Of a DNA stretch of 64,000 bases, positions 9,464 to 19,025 are shown piece after piece. The position numbers and the translations under genes were made by a program. Positions within the stretch are counted from its first letter, which is position 1. Each line of letters starts with the position of its first letter. The notes under the pieces were generated by a model. That model saw only the letters and a program-made list of their open reading frames with translations, searched no databases and was not told the origin of the DNA. The stretch comes from a virus, in IMG/VR virus record IMGVR_UViG_3300035698_020241, positions 1-64,000 of that record. One strand, written 5' to 3'.

Positions 9464-10348
9464 ATGGGAAAGAAATTAACAATAGAAAAAGTGAAAGAAT
9501 ATATAGAGAAAGAAGGTTATAACCTTCTAAGCGATACATATATAAATAACAAAACTAAGTTAGAAATGCAATGTCCTGAAGGTCATAAATTGAAAATGAT
9601 ATTTAATAGTTTTCAGACCGGAAATAGATGTTGTATATGTTTTGGTAAGAAAAAATTTACCTACGAATATGTAAAGGAACAATTTGAAAAGGAAGGTTAT
9701 AAACTTCTAAGTGATACATATGTGGATAATATAACTAAATTAAAAGTACAATGTCCTGAAGGTCACAAATTTGGAATTAGATTGAATCATTTTAAGACAG
9801 GAATTAGATGCGCTGAATGTGCTGGTAATAAAAAACATACATACGAATTTGTAAAAGTACAAATTGAGAAGGAAGGTTATGAAATATTAAGCAAGGAATA
9901 TAAGAATAATGAAACTAAGTTACAATTACAATGTCCAAAGGGTCATAAAATGGAAATGAAATGGAGTAGTTTTAATAGAGGTGAAAGATGTCCTATATGT
10001 TGGGAAGAACAATCATTCTCAAAACCTGAAAAGGAAGTATTGGAAATAGTAAAATCATTTACAGGTGAATTGGTAGTTGAAAATGATAGAACACAAATAA
10101 TAAATCCTAAAACAGGTAATAACTTAGAATTAGATGTTTGGATACCTTCATTGAGTAAAGCAATTGAATTCAATGGTACATATTGGCATAGTAGTGATTA
10201 TTCCAAATATAAGGATAAACAAAAGGTAATACAGTGTAAAGAAAAAGGTATTGATTTAATGGTAATAACTGATGAAGATTGGTTAAAAAATAGAAAAATG
10301 TTGGAAAGAAAAATAAAAAAATATGTAAGGAGAGATAAAAATGAGTAG
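9464..10348 (+). mobile_element. Free-standing putative homing endonuclease (zinc-ribbon repeats plus Vsr/PD-(D/E)XK-like domain)
   Basis: Three repeats of EKEGY.LLS..Y..N.TKL...CP.GH...CxxC. C-terminal ELDVWIPSLSKAIEFNGTYWH. Confidence 0.75.
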
Positions 10349-10808
10349 ATTTGAAGACGTAACAGAGGAAGTATATAATGTACTTAAAGATGTGAAAGAT
10401 GCAAAATTTCCGGTACTTGCCGGAGCAAATATCAAAGTTCTTTTTGATACAAAGAAAAGAATGAGTGGAGGAAAAATAATATTAGGAAGGATTCAAAAGA
10501 CCAATGACTTATTGAGACATTTGACCATAAGTGAGTCGGATAATGACGAGGGTTTTGATTATATAATGTACCTGGATAAAATGATATGGGACAATATTGA
10601 AAGAATTGATAGAGTTCGTTTAGTAAGGCATGAACTGCGTCATACTCTGGTTGATTTAGAGTCTAACACCAACCCCTTCAAAATAGTTCCTCATGATATT
10701 GAGGATTTTGTAGAGGAAATAAGCCTAAACGCAGATGATGTGAATTGGGCAAGTAGAGTTGGTGAATTAGGCAGGCATTTGTACGACCAAGAGAGTGATG
10801 ATAGATAA
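10341..10808 (+). CDS. Putative phage metallopeptidase
   Basis: LVRHELRH (HExxH) followed by PHDIEDF. Confidence 0.7.
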   Translation: MSRFEDVTEEVYNVLKDVKDAKFPVLAGANIKVLFDTKKRMSGGKIILGRIQKTNDLLRHLTISESDNDEGFDYIMYLDKMIWDNIERIDRVRLVRHELRHTLVDLESNTNPFKIVPHDIEDFVEEISLNADDVNWASRVGELGRHLYDQESDDR

Positions 10809-10885
10809 TGAATGAAGAAGAATTAAAAGAACATTGTGATGATTGTGAGAATTGTTCAAAATGTAATCTAATACAGGAGAGATAA
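10808..10885 (+). CDS. 25-aa Cys-rich micro-ORF (not in ORF track)
   Basis: MNEEELKEHCDDCENCSKCNLIQER*. TAATG overlap with the upstream stop; fills the gap exactly. Confidence 0.55.
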   Translation: MNEEELKEHCDDCENCSKCNLIQER

Positions 10886-10888
10886 AAC

Positions 10889-11473
10889 ATGAATAAATTA
10901 ATAAGTGTTATTTTGAATATACGATCATGGGTTGTAAATACATTTCGTAAGTTTCTAAAAAAACATGGAATATGGAAGAAGTTTCAAGCATATACTATTC
11001 CAAGTAAAGTAAGACAATGGCAAGAAAGAGAGAGAAAGGATTTAGGATATGTAAAAATGCAAAAAGGTGTGGTTGATATGGTATTAGCTAAAAAACTACA
11101 TAAAGAAATGCTTAGAGATATTAAGTACATATCAGATAAAGAAAATTATGGTAAAAAGGAATACTGGGCATCCTCTAAAGAAGTAATAGAGAGAATGCAG
11201 GACGATTGTGATGGACAAGCCGTGTATATGTGGAGAAAATTAAGAGATGCTGGATTTCCTGATGATAAAATAGGTATCTGTATAGTAAAACAACATGCAT
11301 TTTGTATAATAATAATTAACGATAAAGATTTTTGGTTGTTAGACAACGGTGCTATTTCAAGACAAATCGTAAAGGCAAGTAATACATTCCCAATAATAAT
11401 ACAGGGTGTATATAGAGAACCTCTTTATGGTTTTAATCTTTTTGATTATTGGTTATACGGTGGTGTAAAATAA
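10889..11473 (+). CDS. Transglutaminase-like cysteine peptidase
   Basis: DDCDGQAV (GDCED-like), HAF, WLLDNG catalytic-triad pattern. EYW motif upstream. Confidence 0.7.
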   Translation: MNKLISVILNIRSWVVNTFRKFLKKHGIWKKFQAYTIPSKVRQWQERERKDLGYVKMQKGVVDMVLAKKLHKEMLRDIKYISDKENYGKKEYWASSKEVIERMQDDCDGQAVYMWRKLRDAGFPDDKIGICIVKQHAFCIIIINDKDFWLLDNGAISRQIVKASNTFPIIIQGVYREPLYGFNLFDYWLYGGVK

Positions 11474-11475
11474 TA

Positions 11476-11646
11476 ATGTTAGTATGTGAAACAGGTGAAT
11501 ATATGTACAATCCCGCAGATATTTTATGTATCTATTGTGGGTTTGCTACATTGTGTAGATTTGATATATGGGGAAAAAGAGCAGGTAAGCCACTAATAAA
11601 TTTGGAAGAATATGAAATGGAATTATTAGGGGTTGTACCTATATGA
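11476..11646 (+). CDS. Small Cys-containing hypothetical protein
   Basis: ATG at 11476, in frame with track ORF 11449..11646. Contains CxxC...C. Confidence 0.45.
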   Translation: MLVCETGEYMYNPADILCIYCGFATLCRFDIWGKRAGKPLINLEEYEMELLGVVPI

Positions 11647-11652
11647 GGTAAA

Positions 11653-11865
11653 ATGAAAATAGAGTTAAAAGATGTGAAATTTAAAAACTTCCTCAGTTTT
11701 GGAAGTAAGTGGCAAGAGGTTAAACTTAGACACGGTGTGAATTTAGTCTTAGGATATGATGAAGAAAACGATAAAAGTAATGGTAGTGGTAAGTGTGTTG
11801 CGTTTAATACCCTTATCAATATTGAATGTTCTAAGGAAATTAGGAAAATTTTAGAAGGCATGTAA
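11653..11865 (+). CDS. gp46: gp46 (Rad50/SbcC) N-extein (47 aa) fused to a 23-aa split-intein N-fragment
   Basis: IELKDVKFKNFLSFG...NLVLG...NGSGK, then CVAFNTLINI (intein block A, Cys at 11794), then a stop after 23 residues. Confidence 0.88.
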   Translation: MKIELKDVKFKNFLSFGSKWQEVKLRHGVNLVLGYDEENDKSNGSGKCVAFNTLINIECSKEIRKILEGM

Positions 11866-11909
11866 ACAACCTTGGAATATAAAATAAACGGGAGTGGAAT
11901 ATAAAAGTA

Positions 11910-12923
11910 ATGATATGTAAATATCCTAATTGCAATAATGAAACACATACTTATAAAGGAAAGAAAACACCAGATTTATTCTGTAAAAAACACTGTACAA
12001 TTCAGAATCTAATTACTTTTCAAATTAGATTTGGAGAGAAAGAAGGAAAAAATAGATATTCTAAAATGTTAGAAAAAAGACGGAGATCAAAAACTCTTGA
12101 AGGTATGGTTGAAAAATATGGAGAAATTAATGGTAAAAAGAGATGGGAAGATTATTGTTATAAGCAAGGAAAAAGAAATACTCTTGAAGGTCAGATTGAA
12201 TATTGGGGTAAAGAATTAGGAATTAAAAAATATAAAGAACGATGTTATAATTGTGGTAAACCAGTAAGAATAGATTATTTTCTTGAAAAAACAAATGGAA
12301 ATAGAGAATTAGCAGAACAAATGTTGAAAGAAAGGCAAGCAACATTCTCAAAAGAAAAATGTATAGAAAAACATGGGAAAATAAAAGGATTAAAAGTTTG
12401 GAAAGATAGACAAGATAGATGGCAAAAAACTTTAAAATCTAAATCACCTGAGGAAATAGAAAGGATAAACAAAAAGAAAGCCATAACAAAAGAAAATCTT
12501 ATAAAAATATATGGTGAAGTAATTGGTAAACAAAAACACAATGAATGGTTGAAAAAAATAACAAACTGTTTACCAAATTCTATTTCAAAAGCATCCAAAG
12601 AATTTTTTATAGATATAGAAAAAGAATTATCTATAAAAATATTAAAAGAACAAGTAATTGGAAATTATATTGTTGACGGAAAATTCAATAATATTATAAT
12701 AGAATTTTATGGTGATTATTGGCATTGTAACCCAAAAATATATAAAGATGATTATTATCATGCTAAATTAAAAATGTTTGCTAAACAAAAATGGAAAATA
12801 GATAGAAAAAGAGAAAAAACATTAAAAGAGTTAGGATATGATGTATTAGTTGTATGGGAAAATAATTGGACGAATAATAAGGAGAATATTATAAAAAAAT
12901 GTTGTGTGAAATTGGTAAAATAG
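11910..12923 (+). mobile_element. Free-standing Vsr-like homing endonuclease inserted between the split-intein halves
   Basis: Repeated EKYGE..GKKRW-type motifs. C-terminal YIVDG...IIEFYGDYWH...DRKRE..LKELGYDVLVVWE. Lies in a different frame from both gp46 pieces. Confidence 0.8.
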
Positions 12924-15337
12924 TAAAATTATACAAAGAACATCCAGAATATATTGGTAAAGTTTTTGTTGATACTCCTTATGGTAAAAAAAGAATACTT
13001 TATGCTGACATTGTTGAAAAAAACACAGAAGTATATAAACTGAAAACAGATATATATGAACTTATAGGTTCACCACAACATAGAGTAGAATGTAATAACA
13101 AGTGGATGTATTTAAAAGATATTTCCAATGGTGATTTTGTTAGCACAATAAATGGTAAAAAGAAAGTATTGTTATGTCAAAAAGAAAATGATTTATATGA
13201 TTTATATGATATACAAGTTGAAGATGTAGAACAATATTATTCTAATGGAATACTTTCTCATAATTCATCTTTCCTTGAAACTATACCTTTTGCACTATTT
13301 GGTAAAGTTCATAAGGATATAAAAAAAGACCAAATAGTTAATTGGAAAAATAGAAAAGGTTGTGAGGTTCACCTAACATTTACGAAAGGTGAATCAGAAT
13401 ATAGAGTATATAGAGGTATCAAACCTGATAAGTTTGAAATATATAAAGACGAAGTATTGGTTGATAAGCCGGCACATGTCAAGGATTATCAGTTAATACT
13501 TGATGGTATTATAGGCTTAAATTACAACGTCTTCATGAGCCTTGTCCATTCTAATATCAATTCATCTGCACCAATTCTGGCGATGAAAAAACCCGATAAA
13601 CGAAAATTTATAGAGAAATCGTTTGGTCTTGAGTTATATACAAAACTTCATGAGATTTGTAATGAAAAACTCAAGAAAGGTAATGAGAAGATAAAAGAAA
13701 TGGAATTCTCTACACTTAAAAACAATGAGGCTGTAAAATTAGCCGAGGAAAGAGTCGCATCTATTAATAGAAAATTAAAGGAAATGGGATCATCAGTAAT
13801 TGAATTAAAAGATGCAGAAGAAAAACTGAAGGAACTTATTGATGGTGATGAAGACTGGGACGAACAACTTGATGCTGCAAGTACTGAACTTAAAATAGTT
13901 GATGAGGCTGATTCACATCATTCATGGCTTGTAAAAGCTATAGAAGGTAAAATGGCTCTTACAACTCAAAAGATAAAAATGATGATTAACCAAGTTCAAA
14001 GTTTAAAATCTGATATAAGTAAAACAGAAGACATAGAGACCAAAAAAAGGAAGATAACAGCCATTCTGAAATTATGGGGTGATGAAGATATAATATCAGA
14101 AAAAATAGGGTTAACAAAAGCTCTTATCAATGACTATAATATAAGAATAGATCATCATTTAGAAAATACACAAAAACTACAAATTGATGTTACAAGTTGT
14201 AAAAAGAATGTCAAAAAGATACAACACCAATGGGGTGTATTGAAAATAGATAAAAAATGTCCAACATGTAATACGAATGTTGAAGGTACTGACATTCTAA
14301 AGAACTTGGAAAGAGATATGAAAGAAGATCAGGATTTTGCGGATAGACAAACTGAACAAATTAAAAAAATAGTTGCAGATGTTGATGAAATAAGAAAAAG
14401 TCATAAAACGAATAGTGGACTTTTGAAAGAGTTGGAAGATGTAAAGATGCAATACTTATTACTTGAAAAAGAGGTAACAAGTAGTAATTATGATGAACTT
14501 ATAGAAAGATTAGATATATTAAATAATAAAATAACTCGTACACGGTCTGTTGCTGATAAGTTGAGGACTAAAAGGGATGAAATTGATGCTTATAGGGAGA
14601 AGTCTATAAGTAGAATTGAGATTTTGAAGGAAGAGAAAAATGATTTTCTTAATAAGATCAATAATATATCAGATGCTCAAAAACAAGTAGATAAATTAGA
14701 TGAGAAGGTATCACTTGAAGTAGATAACAAATCAACATATGTTACACTGGTTAAAAAAGATGAGAAAAATATAAAAAGGTTACTATCTGAAAATAGAAGT
14801 TTTATTGCAAAGGTTAGTAAGTTGTCCGATCTCAAGGATTATATTAATTTTATAAAAACATGTTGCGGTGATGATAAGGTAAAACAATATGCAATAAGTT
14901 CAATAATGCCGTATCTTAACAAACAAACGAACCATTATTTATCAGATGTAGGCCATAATTTCTGGGTAAAACTAGATAAATGGTTAGAAGCCCGGATAGA
15001 AGGACCTGGTATTATTAATGGTAGTTATGGTTCATTAAGTGGAGGTGAAGGACGAGTTATAGATTTATCACTTCAATTTGCCTTTCTTGATATTGCGAGA
15101 CTTAGAGCAGGTGTATTTCCATCTATATTAATTTTTGATGAAATACTTGACAGTAGTATTGATGTTCAAGGGTTACAAAAAATTATAGATATCGTTAAAA
15201 TTAAACAGAAAGAAGATAATTCACAAGTATTCATAATTAGTCATAGGCAAGAAATAGATGAACTTGAGGTTGATGATGTTTATTTTGTTACAAAAAGTGA
15301 AGGATATTCAAGTATTGAAATCAAGGAATCTATATAA
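12899..15337 (+). CDS. gp46: Split-intein C-fragment (122 aa, 12899-13264) fused to gp46 C-extein
   Basis: Block B GSPQH, block F LYDIQVEDVEQYYSNG, block G LSHN|S. Then SSFLETIPFALFGK, coiled coil, zinc hook CPTC, signature LSGGE, Walker B IFDE, ISH. Confidence 0.92.
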   Translation: MLCEIGKIVKLYKEHPEYIGKVFVDTPYGKKRILYADIVEKNTEVYKLKTDIYELIGSPQHRVECNNKWMYLKDISNGDFVSTINGKKKVLLCQKENDLYDLYDIQVEDVEQYYSNGILSHNSSFLETIPFALFGKVHKDIKKDQIVNWKNRKGCEVHLTFTKGESEYRVYRGIKPDKFEIYKDEVLVDKPAHVKDYQLILDGIIGLNYNVFMSLVHSNINSSAPILAMKKPDKRKFIEKSFGLELYTKLHEICNEKLKKGNEKIKEMEFSTLKNNEAVKLAEERVASINRKLKEMGSSVIELKDAEEKLKELIDGDEDWDEQLDAASTELKIVDEADSHHSWLVKAIEGKMALTTQKIKMMINQVQSLKSDISKTEDIETKKRKITAILKLWGDEDIISEKIGLTKALINDYNIRIDHHLENTQKLQIDVTSCKKNVKKIQHQWGVLKIDKKCPTCNTNVEGTDILKNLERDMKEDQDFADRQTEQIKKIVADVDEIRKSHKTNSGLLKELEDVKMQYLLLEKEVTSSNYDELIERLDILNNKITRTRSVADKLRTKRDEIDAYREKSISRIEILKEEKNDFLNKINNISDAQKQVDKLDEKVSLEVDNKSTYVTLVKKDEKNIKRLLSENRSFIAKVSKLSDLKDYINFIKTCCGDDKVKQYAISSIMPYLNKQTNHYLSDVGHNFWVKLDKWLEARIEGPGIINGSYGSLSGGEGRVIDLSLQFAFLDIARLRAGVFPSILIFDEILDSSIDVQGLQKIIDIVKIKQKEDNSQVFIISHRQEIDELEVDDVYFVTKSEGYSSIEIKESI

Positions 15338-16090
15338 GTGAAAAACTTTGGTATAATATATAAGGTAACTAATATTCTTAATGGTAAAATTTATATAGGA
15401 CAGACTATTAGAGGTTTAGAAGTAAGGGGGCAATGTCATATATCTGAATCAAAAAATGGTAATACATATTTTAATAGAGCTTTAAGAAAATATTGTCCGG
15501 AAAACTTTGAATGGGAAGTTATTGAAGAATGTTATTCAAAGGAAGATTTAGATTTAGCCGAAGAATGGTATATTAGATATTATAACACTTTCGGATCAAA
15601 TGGATATAATTTGACGTTTGGTGGAGAGGGAACTATAGGTTGGAAACCTTCAGAAGAGACAAGGAAAAAGATTAGTAAATCCATGTGTGGTGAGAATAAT
15701 CCTAACTATGGTAAGGAACGTTCTGAAGAGTATAGAAAAAAATTAAGTGATACATTAAAAGGTAGAAAACACTCAGAAGGACATAAGAGAAAGTTAAGTG
15801 AAGTTAATAAAGGTAAAAAACTTTCAGAAGAGACAAGGAAAAAGATGGGCGAATCGCGTAAAGGTGAAAAAAATGTAAGAGCAAAGAAGAGGGTTGTTAT
15901 AAGACCCGATGGTAGAAAATATTTTTGTCACGGAACATTTACTAAACTTTGTAAAGAATTTAGTAAAGAGTTTAAAAAGAATATGTTAAGATTTTTGATT
16001 GATGTTAATAAGTCCGGGAAAGAAATAAATGGTTGGGTGGTTTTTGATGTTGATGATACACCTACAAATGAAAATATTATCATATATTAG
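15338..16090 (+). mobile_element. GIY-YIG homing endonuclease with NUMOD3-like repeats
   Basis: GIIY...IYIGQT, FNRALRKY, GYNLTFGGEG, HSEETRKK-type repeats. Abuts the gp46 stop. Confidence 0.88.
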
Positions 16091-16102
16091 AAAAAACAAT
16101 AG

Positions 16103-16131
16103 TTTACAATTTTATTCAATTGTGTTATAAT
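16103..16131 (+). promoter_or_regulatory. Sigma70-type early promoter
   Basis: TTTACA-N17-TATAAT with TGT. Confidence 0.85.
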
Positions 16132-16154
16132 TTATTTAATGAAAGGAATATGAA

Positions 16155-16337
16155 ATGAGGATATCAGAAAAACAATTACAAGCATTGATGGTTATTTTGA
16201 AAGATTCTATAAACCAGAATATTGTTGGTATATTTAGTTTAACATGGGAAGATAGACGAGACTTAATTAATGAGATAGTTAATCAACAAAGTGATGTATT
16301 AATAGATGTGGAGGGAGATAAACAAATTGAAAGTTAA
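16155..16337 (+). CDS. Hypothetical protein
   Basis: First ORF after the promoter; AAGGA RBS. Confidence 0.55.
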   Translation: MRISEKQLQALMVILKDSINQNIVGIFSLTWEDRRDLINEIVNQQSDVLIDVEGDKQIES

Positions 16338-16803
16338 CAGTGTGGAATATGACGATACCCATATTGAATTGTTCCTTGAGAAACTATTCTGGAGTGCAGG
16401 AGAAGGAGGAGGAGCAGCTCAACTGTTATTAGAAAAACTAGCTTACGGTGATAATATTATTATTGCTGATAAAACACATGAGGAAACTCTTAATCAAGTA
16501 GCAGAGTTAAAAAATGAACTTAAATTGGTAAATAATGATTTGGAAAGTTATACAGATGAATTTACAAAATCTAGAAAATCATTAAAAGATGCTCAATTTA
16601 CGATATATAATCAAAATAAAGAAAAGAGAAAACTAATAATTGAGTGTGATAGTTATGCAGATCAAGTAACAGAATATGAAAGAATATGCGGCCTTGTTAA
16701 TTTATGGGAAAAAAGACCAAAAGAAAATATGATAGAAGTTGATAGAACCGATTTAGTATCAGGATTATTTGAAGATGAAGATGAAGATGAAGTACAATTT
16801 TAA
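16306..16803 (+). CDS. Hypothetical coiled-coil protein with acidic tail
   Basis: ORF within the operon; start uncertain. Confidence 0.55.
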   Translation: MWREINKLKVNSVEYDDTHIELFLEKLFWSAGEGGGAAQLLLEKLAYGDNIIIADKTHEETLNQVAELKNELKLVNNDLESYTDEFTKSRKSLKDAQFTIYNQNKEKRKLIIECDSYADQVTEYERICGLVNLWEKRPKENMIEVDRTDLVSGLFEDEDEDEVQF

Positions 16804-16812
16804 GGAGAAAAT

Positions 16813-17670
16813 ATGAAAAATTTAGAACCGATAAAAATATCGGCTATTAATTTACCAGATGCATGGTTTCAAACCCTTTATACATGTGTTGATGTTGGTA
16901 AAAAATTTATGATTGATAGAGGGTCTTATGCTGGACAGGAAAGGTTAGAATTTGATTTTATAGAAATTGATATTGAGTATCCTGGTCAAGAACCATTGAT
17001 ACCTCAAGTACCTGAACATCATAACTTTCCGAATCCTGTGGATGACGATTACTTGGCTAACTATATACCATATCTTCTCACAGGTGATGAAAAAGAAGGA
17101 GAAGCTTATACATACGGACAAAGATTGAATAAGTTTTTAGTTCCTGAGAGTGTTATGTATTACAGGAGAAATAAAGCTTATCTGAAAGAAGGTATGTTAA
17201 AAATAATTGTATCGGAAGATGAGATTTGGGAAAATACAGATATACTATATAAAGCTAGAAATAGTAACTGGTATTTGAATCAAGTTGAATTAATGATATG
17301 GACTTATAAAAAATATGGTGAGAGAAATAACCAAATGATATTACAAATTGGTATGGGCTCTGACCTATTACTACAGGATCCGCCTTGTCTCAGGCATATT
17401 GATACCAGAGTACAAAACGGAAAATTACATTTTTTTCCATATTTTAGATCATGGGATTTATTCAATGGATTCTCAGCAAACCTTGCGGCAATTGAGACTT
17501 TAAAACAATACTGTGCAGACAGAATAGGTGTAGAAAATGGAAGTATAATAGCAACAAGTAAAGGATTACACATCTACGATCATGTATGGGAAATTTCAGA
17601 GTCGTTAAGAGGTAAATCAATTCACGAATGGCGTGAAGAAACCATGGCCGTTCAGAAAGGTATAAAGTAG
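16813..17670 (+). CDS. thyA: Thymidylate synthase (ThyA fold)
   Basis: YTYGQRL, DPPCLRHI (catalytic Cys), FRSWDLFNGFSAN (dUMP-specific Asn), GLHIYD. Confidence 0.88.
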   Translation: MKNLEPIKISAINLPDAWFQTLYTCVDVGKKFMIDRGSYAGQERLEFDFIEIDIEYPGQEPLIPQVPEHHNFPNPVDDDYLANYIPYLLTGDEKEGEAYTYGQRLNKFLVPESVMYYRRNKAYLKEGMLKIIVSEDEIWENTDILYKARNSNWYLNQVELMIWTYKKYGERNNQMILQIGMGSDLLLQDPPCLRHIDTRVQNGKLHFFPYFRSWDLFNGFSANLAAIETLKQYCADRIGVENGSIIATSKGLHIYDHVWEISESLRGKSIHEWREETMAVQKGIK

Positions 17671-17930
17671 TGGAAAAGAGAGACGAAATACCAGATATTG
17701 TAACACAAGATAGATCAGATATTTGTGATATAATAAGTGAAATGTTGGATAATCCTGATAAACATGGTATATATCAAACCACAATAGCTTATAATAAACT
17801 TGAAGATTTAATGCGTGACATTAGAAAAGAAACTATTGAATGGTTATTTAATGAAATTTGTGAGTTTAATTTTTCCGATGTTATAGAAAAGTCTCAAGCT
17901 GAACTCAATCCTGAATGGAAAGGAAAGTAA
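17670..17930 (+). CDS. Hypothetical protein
   Basis: Coupled ORF. Confidence 0.5.
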   Translation: MEKRDEIPDIVTQDRSDICDIISEMLDNPDKHGIYQTTIAYNKLEDLMRDIRKETIEWLFNEICEFNFSDVIEKSQAELNPEWKGK

Positions 17931-18442
17931 TGAAAAAAGAACTTGAAATGAAGTTAGTGGAAAAATATCCAAAATTGTTCAAACATTATGGTAAAAGTCC
18001 TCAAGAAACATGTATGGCTTGGGGTTGTGAACATGGTGATGGATGGTATAATATACTTGATGAATTATGTGAAAAGTTGTCTCAACTAAAATTTCATAAA
18101 ACTCTTGTAGAATGTACAAGAGTTCCCAGAAATCCCTTATGTGAATGGTTATTTAATAGATCGCCTTCATGGAATATACTTGATAAGTTATTCTTAAAAG
18201 AAATATATAATACTATTCATGTTGAAGGTATTACATTTGATCAAATTAAAGAAAAATTTGGAACTCTTAGAATTTATACAAATGGATGCCCAGAAGTAAT
18301 ATATACGGAATCAAATAATTATATCCAAGAAGCCGAATCAAAATCAGAGACAACTTGTGAACAATGTGGAGAAATAGGAACTTTAAAAGTTACTGGTTGG
18401 CATGGAGTAACATGTGATAAATGTGAAGAGAAAAAGGAATAA
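17915..18442 (+). CDS. Phage hypothetical protein with C-terminal zinc ribbon
   Basis: GDGWYNILDELC, QIKEKFGTLRIY, CEQCG...CDKC. Confidence 0.65.
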   Translation: MERKVMKKELEMKLVEKYPKLFKHYGKSPQETCMAWGCEHGDGWYNILDELCEKLSQLKFHKTLVECTRVPRNPLCEWLFNRSPSWNILDKLFLKEIYNTIHVEGITFDQIKEKFGTLRIYTNGCPEVIYTESNNYIQEAESKSETTCEQCGEIGTLKVTGWHGVTCDKCEEKKE

Positions 18443-18450
18443 GGTAAATA

Positions 18451-18654
18451 ATGAGTGAAAAAAGGTTTAAGTACGGTAAAATTAATATAAATTCTTTAAA
18501 GAAGGAAATATGTGGTTACAAGGATGACTGCCAAATGTATAGGACAACTGAAAAAGATTGTATGTGTATGTGTGCATTTTGTTTACATGCAGCTAAGCTT
18601 GATGTACCTAAAATAATTAACGAATTACTAAAAAAGAAAGGATATGAAATATAA
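18451..18654 (+). CDS. Small Cys-rich hypothetical protein
   Basis: CGYKDDC...CMCMCAFC. Confidence 0.5.
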   Translation: MSEKRFKYGKININSLKKEICGYKDDCQMYRTTEKDCMCMCAFCLHAAKLDVPKIINELLKKKGYEI

Positions 18655-19025
18655 TGTTTGATGATATGATAGAAAAAGAAGAAGATTTAAAAATGCCAGA
18701 GGTAACACAAGAATATGATAAACTAAAAAAAGGTGGAGGTCCAAGAACAGGAACAGTATCAGGTCCAAGAACAGGTGCAGGAACAGGACAAAAGTACCCT
18801 AAAGCAACGACTATTATAGGTAGTGGCCCTAATGTATATCCATGTAATATTCCTGATTGTAGATATTACAGTAAGTGGACAATTGATCATCCAGCTAATT
18901 TTGGTATTGCAAGAAAAGGAAGCGGACTTGGAAATGGCTCTATAACACCAGATAATGGTTTGAATCCTGAGTGGTGTATGGCTTGTGAAGATTTCGAAGG
19001 AGTTACTGTAAGGAGAAAAAAATAA
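18654..19025 (+). CDS. Hypothetical protein with GPRTG repeat and Cys motifs
   Basis: TAATG coupling; 24-bp internal repeat. Confidence 0.5.
   Translation: MFDDMIEKEEDLKMPEVTQEYDKLKKGGGPRTGTVSGPRTGAGTGQKYPKATTIIGSGPNVYPCNIPDCRYYSKWTIDHPANFGIARKGSGLGNGSITPDNGLNPEWCMACEDFEGVTVRRKK

Noticed and set aside
11866-12898. Group I intron interrupting gp46
   Set aside because: Only 44 nt of non-coding sequence flanks the endonuclease ORF, and intein motifs on both gp46 pieces explain the split.
16813-17670. ThyA homolog as a dCMP hydroxymethylase feeding T4-style glucosylated hmC DNA
   Set aside because: The motif reads RSWD...GFSAN with the dUMP-specifying Asn rather than the Asp of dCMP hydroxymethylases. 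No other base-modification genes were recognised in the window.
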